NCBI GenBank assembly: GCA_027031765.1
Contig: JALVPN010000117.1
Coordinates: 1-12,594, forward strand
DNA: 12,594 nucleotides
Source: Promethearchaeota archaeon
GTDB taxonomy: Archaea > Asgardarchaeota > Thorarchaeia > Thorarchaeales > Thorarchaeaceae
Direction of reading: 5' to 3'
The notes beneath the pieces are model-generated. The model did no database searches. It saw only the letters and a list, made by a program, of their open reading frames with translations, and was not told the origin of the DNA. The position numbers were made by a program, and so were the translations under genes. Position 1 is the stretch's first letter. Each line of letters opens with the position of its first letter. Of the stretch, positions 1 through 6,815 are shown one piece after another.

Positions 1-2216
1 CGCTTGTATATGTACCGGGCCCATGAGGACATGCTCGGCATCTCCTCTGGCATGCCCTTGCGGCGCCGGATCTCAAGGATGACCTGCTCCTGTAGTGCAG
101 CAGGCAGGGGCTCGAAACCCCTGAACTCGTAACCGAAGAAACTCCGCCCGGCGCTTGCGCTCCTGAACTCGTCGGCTATGCCGATGGTCTCGGCTGTGGG
201 CAGGGTGCCCTTTATTGTGACCGAGTCCTCCTCGGCCTCCATTGCCACAATCTGTCCACGGTGCGCCGTCAACACCTTGATCACTGCGCCTTGGGTGTCA
301 GGTGGTGTCTTGATGTCGACGTTCAGGACGGGCTCGTAGAGGGCTGGCCCGCCTGTCAGGAACGACATGTTCAGGCCAGAGCTGACCATTGTGGCCACCT
401 CGTTGAACCCGGTATGGGCCGGGTCGGTGTGGACGGTGGCATCGGTCAGTACGACCTTCACTGCCATCACGGGCTCGTGTGCAATTGGTCCTGCATTGAC
501 GAACTCCCTGAACGTCGACTTCACATAGGCTGATATCCTGTCGAACCGCTGTACGCCGGTCATCGCGTCCACGAGGATGCAGTTCTCATATATGTCGAGG
601 ATCTTGCGGGCCTCTTTCGCGTCCCAACCAGCCTCGCGCCTGAGGATTTCCGCGCGCTCACGTGCAGGCTGGTCGATGGTGACCTTCTTCTTCCTGATGA
701 GCTCCACGGTCTTGTCGTCAAGGGGTTCAAGGTACATCTTTATCCTGTTGTGTCCGTTTGGCGACTTTGTGTGGAACTCTTGGCCGTGCTCCGTCATGCG
801 TTCGCGGTAGACGATGATTGGCTCAGAGACCTTGATTGGTACTTGCTCGTTGATGCGTTTCGTGAGTATCTCGATCTGGAGCGGGTCGATACCATCGAGG
901 CGGTACTCGCCAGACTCCTTGTCATGCACGAACCGGGCCGTCGGGTCTGCCATTATCCATTTGCGTACGACCTCGCCGAGCTTGCCGATGTCCTGTGGGT
1001 CCACAGGCTTGATGCTCCTGCTCACGACAGGCTCGCTGACGTACTCGATGGCCTCGAAACCCGGCATGTCTGATGACGGGTCAACAAAGGACTCGCCTGA
1101 CGGACACAGGAACCCGAAGATGGACATCAGGTTACCCGCGGGTATCTTGTCCATCGGGAGGATGTCTGTGATCTCCTGCACGCCGAGGCGTTTCACACGT
1201 GCGTTCTGTTTCATGTTGATAAGCCGGATCTCCTGACCGGACTCAAGCGTCCCTGAGAACACGCGCCCAATCAGAGTGGGCCGTTTGCTCTTCGGGTCAA
1301 CGTAGATCTTCGTGATCATGCCGAGGAGCGGGCCGTCCGGGTCGCACTTGAGGAGTGCACGTCCCTCCGGGCTGTCAAGGTCGCCCCTCCATATCCTCGG
1401 TATCTTGTACTTCTGTGCCTCCCGTGGGTTCGGCAGGTGGTGGACAATCATCTCAAGCAACGCGTCGTCCAGTGGCAGGTTCTCCCGCAGCCACTTCTCG
1501 TCGCCCTCTGCGTACTTCTCAAACACAACGATGGGCTTGATGCCTTTCTTCTCAAGGGTGCGCATTGTGAATGCCCAGCCGGTCTTTGCACTGCCAATGG
1601 CGACAGTGCCATGTTCAAACCCGACCTGCCACTTCTTCTTGAACTCTGGTGGTGCCACCTTGCGGATCAACTCGTTGACCTTGGCCACAATGAGGTCGAT
1701 GCGTTCGTACACCTTCTTGGGTGGCAACTTCAGTTCCTGTATCAGCCGGTCGACCTTGTTGACGAAGAGGATTGGTCTGCAGGCCTCCGCTCCCACTGCG
1801 AGCCGGATGTTGGTCTCGGTCTGGGTCATCACCCCCTCAAGGGCGTCCACCAGGATGACGACCCCGTCACTTGCTCTGAGTGCCCGTGAGACCTCACCTG
1901 TAAAGGAGAGGTGTCCGGGGGTGTCGTTCAGCTGGACCAGGTACTCCTCACCGTCGACCTCGAAGTTGAGCAGCACGACCGATGTGAAGATTGTAATCCC
2001 TCGTTCCTGCTCCTCCTCATCGCTGTCGGTCATCAGGGCCTGTCCGGCCGCCGCGTCGCTCATCAGCCCTGCCCTGCGCATGAGGTAGTCGGTCGTCGTC
2101 GTCTTGCCATGGTCGATATGCGCACTGATGGAAACAATTCTCTTGTGCTCATAGTCATCTGACAGTATGAGTCTCCTGATTGCGTCGGGGTCCTTGATCT
2201 TGACCACTTTTTTCAC
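1..2216 (-). CDS. fusA: Elongation factor 2 family GTPase, divergent paralog (aEF-2p-like); 3' end truncated by window edge
   Basis: Manual minus-strand translation from GTG at 2216 (in-frame TAG just upstream at 2220-2222); no stop seen down to position 1. It reads MKKVVKIKDPDAIRRLILSDDYEHKRIVSISAHIDHGKTT (G1), EQERGITI (G2), DTPGHLSF (G3), FVNKVD (G4), GSAKTGW (G5), domain IV loop HTDPAHTG and the C-terminal FRSASAGRSFF...RRRKGM. About 738 codons lie in the window. The ORF track omits it because the stop is outside. Confidence 0.95.
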   Translation of the reverse strand, partial: MKKVVKIKDPDAIRRLILSDDYEHKRIVSISAHIDHGKTTTTDYLMRRAGLMSDAAAGQALMTDSDEEEQERGITIFTSVVLLNFEVDGEEYLVQLNDTPGHLSFTGEVSRALRASDGVVILVDALEGVMTQTETNIRLAVGAEACRPILFVNKVDRLIQELKLPPKKVYERIDLIVAKVNELIRKVAPPEFKKKWQVGFEHGTVAIGSAKTGWAFTMRTLEKKGIKPIVVFEKYAEGDEKWLRENLPLDDALLEMIVHHLPNPREAQKYKIPRIWRGDLDSPEGRALLKCDPDGPLLGMITKIYVDPKSKRPTLIGRVFSGTLESGQEIRLINMKQNARVKRLGVQEITDILPMDKIPAGNLMSIFGFLCPSGESFVDPSSDMPGFEAIEYVSEPVVSRSIKPVDPQDIGKLGEVVRKWIMADPTARFVHDKESGEYRLDGIDPLQIEILTKRINEQVPIKVSEPIIVYRERMTEHGQEFHTKSPNGHNRIKMYLEPLDDKTVELIRKKKVTIDQPARERAEILRREAGWDAKEARKILDIYENCILVDAMTGVQRFDRISAYVKSTFREFVNAGPIAHEPVMAVKVVLTDATVHTDPAHTGFNEVATMVSSGLNMSFLTGGPALYEPVLNVDIKTPPDTQGAVIKVLTAHRGQIVAMEAEEDSVTIKGTLPTAETIGIADEFRSASAGRSFFGYEFRGFEPLPAALQEQVILEIRRRKGMPEEMPSMSSWARYIYK

Positions 2217-2275
2217 TCTCTAGTTTCCTGTCCCCAGTTGTGGCACTTGACACGAGAGAACTCGGTGGGGGGGTC

Positions 2276-2299
2276 GCCACCAGTCCTGTCGCCGGTGGC
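2276..2299 (-). other. Stem-loop at predicted 5' end of EF-2 paralog mRNA
   Basis: Minus strand GCCACCGG-CGACAGGA-CUGGUGGC forms an 8-bp stem (one G-U) with an 8-nt loop. Confidence 0.55.
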
Positions 2300-2321
2300 T
2301 TTGGCGACCACCATGACGATG

Positions 2322-2336
2322 TTTAAAAGAATTTCG
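2322..2336 (-). promoter_or_regulatory. BRE-TATA promoter of the EF-2 paralog
   Basis: The minus strand reads CGAAAT-TC-TTTTAAAC, a purine-rich BRE followed by an archaeal TATA box. Standard spacing puts the TSS near 2299, about 83 nt upstream of the GTG. Confidence 0.7.
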
Positions 2337-2461
2337 TAATGGGGCCTGGGTACTGCTGGGGTCTGCAGGTGCTCATGACGATTGCACTGGGCCGACCCGG
2401 AGTCGTGGACACTCTCTCAGCGGTACCGTGCCCTCCCCCAGCAGTGCCGTACTACCGTCGG

Positions 2462-3241
2462 CTACTTCTCGGCCACGACGACCATTCGTTGCGAGTCGGC
2501 TGAGTACGGTGTCCTCGGGAGCTTGTTCTGCCCGTAGAGCTCCACCTTGTTGAACCCTGTGTCTGCAAGGAGCTCGCGGATCTCGTGTGCTGTGTACATC
2601 CTGATGTTGTTGTTCATCATCGCGTCCTCGTTCATCACAACAATGCGTGCGTTCTCAACATCGATGAAGGTCGCAGGTCTGCCCCTGAGAATGCCGGACG
2701 CGGCATCCAGGACATGTGCCTCGTTCAGCAGGTAGCCCCCTGCAACCTTGGTCCAGGTCTTGTGGAACCGTGGTAGGTTGTACGGGTTCATCAGGTCGAG
2801 CAGCAGTCGTCCACCAGCTCTCAGTGCATTGTATGCGCCCCGGAGCACAGCCATGTTCCCCTCATGGTCAAAGAAACCGAAGCTGTGGCTCAGGATCACC
2901 GCTGCATGGAACCTCTCATGGTAGTCCATCTCCCGCATGTCCCCGGTGTAGAAGTCCACTTCCACTCCCTCTTCCTGTGCACGCTGCATCCCAGCCCTCA
3001 CCAAGCTCTCTGCAAGGTCGAATGCGGTGGCCTTCAGCCCCGCCTTTGCGAACTCTATGCTGTGCACACCGGCACCGCAGGCAATGTCGAGGACCTCTCG
3101 GCCCGGTTCGAGACCAAGTGTGTCGATACAGAACTCCACGACCATGCGGTCGTACTGTTCAATCCCGGGGATGGAGTTGCGGTGCTTTATCCTGAACAGC
3201 TCGGCCCAGAACTCGTCCCAGCCAAGGGCAACTCTCTGCAT
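2462..3241 (-). CDS. Class I SAM-dependent methyltransferase
   Basis: 259 aa. Motif I VLDIACGAGVHS, acidic end of strand 2 (AFDLA), GDMR, and post-II LRAGGRLLLD. The substrate cannot be inferred. Confidence 0.9.
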   Translation of the reverse strand: MQRVALGWDEFWAELFRIKHRNSIPGIEQYDRMVVEFCIDTLGLEPGREVLDIACGAGVHSIEFAKAGLKATAFDLAESLVRAGMQRAQEEGVEVDFYTGDMREMDYHERFHAAVILSHSFGFFDHEGNMAVLRGAYNALRAGGRLLLDLMNPYNLPRFHKTWTKVAGGYLLNEAHVLDAASGILRGRPATFIDVENARIVVMNEDAMMNNNIRMYTAHEIRELLADTGFNKVELYGQNKLPRTPYSADSQRMVVVAEK

Positions 3242-3389
3242 GGCACTGTCCTCTCGTGCGCAACGATATGAAGCTTGTCATTATGTGTCCCGCCACTCCC
3301 ACCCGGCAGGTGTACGACCTAATCCCCCACCAAGACGTACTCGCATGCTCACTGGGCCACGCAGCCGTACCGGAAACGCAGAACGGGGT

Positions 3390-3487
3390 GGAGACGCTCT
3401 GACACCCTGTTGTTGAGATCTCCGCCGGGAGGTTTGGACTTCAACAGGAAACTCAGAGTGATGAGCATGACCAGTGCGAGCGTCTCC
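3390..3487 (-). ncRNA. Candidate ~98-nt structured non-coding RNA (unassigned family)
   Basis: A perfect 10-bp terminal inverted repeat (3390-3399/3478-3487) encloses further stems (3406-3412/3442-3448; 3418-3423/3428-3433). A minus-strand TTTATA box at 3517-3512 begins 30 nt upstream of G3487. Confidence 0.45.
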
Positions 3488-3509
3488 GGACTAATCATGT
3501 TCGGCCACG

Positions 3510-3525
3510 CCTATAAATGTATAGG
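3510..3525. promoter_or_regulatory. TATA box embedded in palindrome CCTATA-aatg-TATAGG
   Basis: 6-bp inverted repeat with a 4-nt spacer. It contains TATAAA (+) / TTTATA (-) in an AT-rich patch of the MTase-aspS divergent intergenic region. Confidence 0.55.
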
Positions 3526-3710
3526 TCATATGGTAAACAGTGAAGTCTCATGAAAAATCGTTAGTCCCGGTGGTGGTCGTGGCCCGGTCACTGTCATGGC
3601 ACGGTATCCATGCTCCTCGATGCGCCACCGTTCTCGTCCTCTCCACGGTGTCTGGGCCACAAGTCTCATAACCATGATGCCAATCGGCTCGGCAAGTGAG
3701 GCAGCGCAAG

Positions 3711-5069
3711 ATGGACTTCTATGAGAGGGCTGGTGTTGAGCCCATCGATGACGCACCGAGGACACACTACACCTCAGAGATTGTCCCAGCACTCACCGGC
3801 GCCGAGGTCGAGTTGATGGGCTGGGTGCACATACTCCGTGACAAGGGCCGCATCAAGTTCCTGGTCCTCAGGGACGAGCGGGGCACAGTGCAGGTCACCA
3901 TCCCGAAGAAGCGCGTCCCGGAGGAAGTGTTCGAGGTCTCCGGCACACTGCGTCCCGAGACCGTGGTCGCAGTCCATGGCACGGTCGTTGAGGCGCCCCA
4001 GGTCGAGCGTGGTGTCGAGGTGATACCGTCACGGCTACGGGTCCTGAACCGGTCGGAACCACTGCCCATCGATGTGGTGGAGGGCAAGGCCGGCATCGAC
4101 CTTGACACACGTCTCAACCACCGTATCCTCGACCTCAGGAAGCCGCGGGTGAACGCAGTCTTCAGGGTACAGCACTGTCTCGTCCGGTTCGCCCGCGAGT
4201 ACCTTGAGGAGAATGGTTTCGTCGAGGTCCACACACCCAAGATTGTTGCCGAGGCCACGGAGGGTGGCGCGAACCTCTTTGAGATAAAGTACTTTGAGCG
4301 CAAGGCGTTCCTGGCACAGAGCCCGCAGTTCTACAAGCAGCTCATGCTGCTCGCTGGCTTTGGACGTGTCTTTGAGGTGGCGCCGGTCTTCAGGGCCGAG
4401 AAACACAACACACGCCGTCATATCAATGAGTATACCTCCTTCGACCTGGAGATGGCATGGATACGTGGTGTGGAGGACGTGATGGCCATCGAGGAGGAGA
4501 TGCTGTGCCATGCGTTCTCCAAGACCCGTGAACATGCTGCTGCTGAGCTGGAGCTCCTCGGCGTGGAGCTTGTGACCCCCAGAATACCCTTCCCACGGGT
4601 CAAGTACGCAGGGGTCATTGACATGCTCGCCTCCGAGGGCAAGGAGCTTGAGCTGACCGACGACCTCGACCCTGAGGCTGAACGCATGCTGGCAGAACTG
4701 TTCCCGGAGCGCTTTGGCACCGATATGGTCTTCATAACCCACTACCCACTTGAGCTGCGTCCTGCCTACACGATGCCCAGCATGACCGACGAGGGCATGA
4801 CCGAGAGCTTCGACCTCACTTACAAGGGCATGGAGATCACCACTGGCGGACAGAGGATTCACCTGTACGACCTGCTCGTTGAACGGTTCCGTGCGAAGGG
4901 CTTCAACCCCGATGACTTTGCGTTCTACCTCGACCCGTTCAGGTACGGTGCTCCCCCACACGGTGGTCTGGGCCTTGGTGTCGAGAGGCTGACAATGCAG
5001 GTGCTTGGCATAGAGAACATCCGCGAGGCCACACTCCTGCCACGTGACCGCGACCGGCTGACGCCGTAG
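3711..5069 (+). CDS. aspS: Aspartyl-tRNA synthetase, archaeal type
   Basis: OB-fold N-terminus (RTHY...GWVHILRDKGRIKF), motif 1 (FVEVHTPKI), AQSPQFYKQ, motif 2 FRAEKHNTRRHINE, GGQRIH, motif 3 PPHGGLGLGVER and the C-terminal PRDRDRLTP. ATG 3711 is preferred over GTG 3696 because GTGAGG upstream looks like an RBS. Confidence 0.96.
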   Translation: MDFYERAGVEPIDDAPRTHYTSEIVPALTGAEVELMGWVHILRDKGRIKFLVLRDERGTVQVTIPKKRVPEEVFEVSGTLRPETVVAVHGTVVEAPQVERGVEVIPSRLRVLNRSEPLPIDVVEGKAGIDLDTRLNHRILDLRKPRVNAVFRVQHCLVRFAREYLEENGFVEVHTPKIVAEATEGGANLFEIKYFERKAFLAQSPQFYKQLMLLAGFGRVFEVAPVFRAEKHNTRRHINEYTSFDLEMAWIRGVEDVMAIEEEMLCHAFSKTREHAAAELELLGVELVTPRIPFPRVKYAGVIDMLASEGKELELTDDLDPEAERMLAELFPERFGTDMVFITHYPLELRPAYTMPSMTDEGMTESFDLTYKGMEITTGGQRIHLYDLLVERFRAKGFNPDDFAFYLDPFRYGAPPHGGLGLGVERLTMQVLGIENIREATLLPRDRDRLTP

Positions 5070-5094
5070 TCCGACACCTGTCCACGCCGCACCA

Positions 5095-5113
5095 GTAATA
5101 CTCTGTCTTAAAG
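5095..5113 (+). promoter_or_regulatory. Putative promoter of Vps22/36 gene (GTAATAC motif + TTAAAG TATA)
   Basis: AT-rich patch gtaatactctgtcttaaag in the short gap after aspS. Confidence 0.45.
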
Positions 5114-5176
5114 CACGTTGCTGGGTCACACTCCATGTCAAGAGTTGGTACTACTGGTACGAAGGGAGCCCGACCG

Positions 5177-5914
5177 ATGCGCGAGAGAGCCGAGTCTGAG
5201 CTGTACGCATGTATCGCGACACTCGACCAGCTGAAGAAGATGTACGACATGGGTGCAGTAGATATCACATCCTTCCGTCAGGAGTCGGCCGGCCTGATAT
5301 CTGAGGTCCGGGGCCAGATTGAGGAGATGCGCCGCCTCGGCCTGGACCCTGATGGCTTCCTAATTGCGCAGCGCATCCCTGAACGGTTCCCTGATGCTGC
5401 CTCACTCCTCGAACTCGGCAGCCCGGCCACCCAGCCGCTCGCAGGGCTCACACGGGAACAGTACCTCGACTACATCGGCCTCGCCGTACTAGACGTGGTG
5501 ACCGCGAATTCGTCCAAGGGCATCATGGGCCTCGCAGAACTCATAGTCGAGGTGGTACGCAGAATCCCGCAGTCATCCCCAGTGAGCTACAGCGACGTGA
5601 TTGAGGCCGTGGACATGGTGGCTGCACACGGCCTGATCCCTGGTATCCGGACTCTGAAGGGTGGTGTCAAGGTTGTCGAGCTCCGCCCCCTCGAACTGCG
5701 TGGTGACCAAGCTGAAGTGATAAACCTCGCAGCGTCAAAGGGGTACGTGACCATCGAAGAGGTGATGATGGAGTTGCGCTGGAGCCGCGACCATGCGGTC
5801 CAGGTCCTGGGGAGTCTGGTGGACGATGGGATGGCGGTGCTCGACAGCTCGTACTCGGCAGGGAAGCGCTACTGGTTCCCCGGCCTCCGGACACGTGACA
5901 GCAACGCCTCCTGA
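5177..5914 (+). CDS. ESCRT-II Vps22/Vps36 (EAP30) winged-helix protein with N-terminal Vps28-N-like hairpin
   Basis: The C-terminal ~150 aa match the Vps22/Snf8 tandem WH pattern (YLDYIGLAVLDV...GIMGLAEL...VSYSDVIEAV...PLELRGDQAEVINLAASKGYVTIEEVMMELRWSRDHAVQVLGSLVDDGMAVLD...YWFPGL). The N-terminal ~80 aa resemble Vps28-N. Start is ATG 5177 (GAAGGGAG RBS) or ATG 5135. Confidence 0.88.
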   Translation: MRERAESELYACIATLDQLKKMYDMGAVDITSFRQESAGLISEVRGQIEEMRRLGLDPDGFLIAQRIPERFPDAASLLELGSPATQPLAGLTREQYLDYIGLAVLDVVTANSSKGIMGLAELIVEVVRRIPQSSPVSYSDVIEAVDMVAAHGLIPGIRTLKGGVKVVELRPLELRGDQAEVINLAASKGYVTIEEVMMELRWSRDHAVQVLGSLVDDGMAVLDSSYSAGKRYWFPGLRTRDSNAS

Positions 5915-6098
5915 AGAGAAGAGGGCGGGACTTGGCGCCCGTAGAAACAGTGGTGGTACCCTCTCCCTGTGGTGGGGGTAAGACACGGTATGCCCTACAT
6001 CAACTAACACGGTGATGCGGACTCGTTACCTATGTCCTGTGCGTACCGTTGCCTACTCTGCCCCCTCTCGTGACGTCTCCCCTCCCCCGGGCCTCTCC

Positions 6099-6812
6099 TC
6101 AGACCCTGAGCAGCACCGTCCCCCTGTCCTCGTCAATCCACTGTGCCACCCCGCGTTCCACAAGACGGCCGAGTGCTGTCCGCAGCTCGTCCTCTGGGAG
6201 CGTCGAGAAGGCCTCGGTCGTTTCCCGGATCACAAGCGACCTGACATCAAGTCGTCTGTGACCCGTCCTCAGTGCCCAGTCGTATATGACATCTGACCAC
6301 TCGTCCGGGTCCCTCCAGAAGACCCGGAGGACACGTCCCTCCTCCCCCCTCCACTCTGCAAGCCCACGTTCTACGAGCCTGTCACCAATCGTCTGGAACG
6401 CGTCCATGCGCTGTTGTATCTGAGTGAAGGGCGAGTATGTCAGGAACGTCATGAGGGAGACCGTGTGCAGTCTGGCATGTGCAGTCCATTCGAGGAGGTA
6501 CTCCGCCCACTCGTCAGCCCACAACCGGCGGTCCTGTTCGTCCTGCGGCACAATGTACATCCAGCCTGCCTGTTCACGTGCCCCCCACTTTGGCTGGGGT
6601 GCAGTCGGTGGTGCCAGCGTCCCCTCGGCCGGGGTCAGTCCCACTGCCGACACCATGCCCCCGCCCTGACGCACCTGTCCGTCCACCACCCCTGATATTT
6701 GGCCCTCAGTGCTGGTCGCAGCTGTGGTGCTGTCCACGGCCGGCGGGGTGTCGTGAGAGACCTGTGGTGGTGCGCCCCTACCCTTCCTGCGGACGCGTTC
6801 CGCCATGCCCAC
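6099..6812 (-). CDS. vps25: ESCRT-II Vps25 homolog with ~75-aa low-complexity N-terminal extension
   Basis: Contains WADEWAEYLLEW, LAEWRG, VFWRDPDEWSDVIYDWALRTG (Vps25 signature I/V-W-R-x-P-E-E-W...IYxW) and FSTLPEDELRTAL. It starts 3 nt after the vps4 stop (GTG 6812 or ATG 6806), so the two form an operon. Confidence 0.88.
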   Translation of the reverse strand: MGMAERVRRKGRGAPPQVSHDTPPAVDSTTAATSTEGQISGVVDGQVRQGGGMVSAVGLTPAEGTLAPPTAPQPKWGAREQAGWMYIVPQDEQDRRLWADEWAEYLLEWTAHARLHTVSLMTFLTYSPFTQIQQRMDAFQTIGDRLVERGLAEWRGEEGRVLRVFWRDPDEWSDVIYDWALRTGHRRLDVRSLVIRETTEAFSTLPEDELRTALGRLVERGVAQWIDEDRGTVLLRV

Positions 6813-6815
6813 GGC

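Noticed and set aside
261-2162. Plus-strand ORFs (e.g. 1312-2088, 258 aa; 814-1236)
   Set aside because: Antisense shadows of the EF-2 family gene; they have no motifs and are expected from GC-rich codon bias.
3435-3448. TGGACTTCAA resembling a tRNA-Sec anticodon arm
   Set aside because: No complementary 3' stem strand, no T-loop and no cloverleaf.
3399-3464. CUGA (3399-3402) and GUGAUGA (3458-3464) as box C/D RNA or SECIS core on the + strand
   Set aside because: The boxes are in reverse order with a poor canonical stem, there is no + strand promoter, and the neighbouring genes have no in-frame UGA.
3543-3669. Direct repeat AAGTCTCAT (3543-3551, 3661-3669)
   Set aside because: Only two 9-nt copies; compatible with chance.
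3711-5069. AsnRS as alternative identity
   Set aside because: AQSPQ, RHINE and GGQR are AspRS-type signatures.
4035-5141. 368-aa minus-strand ORF
   Set aside because: Antisense to aspS over most of its length and has no recognisable domain.
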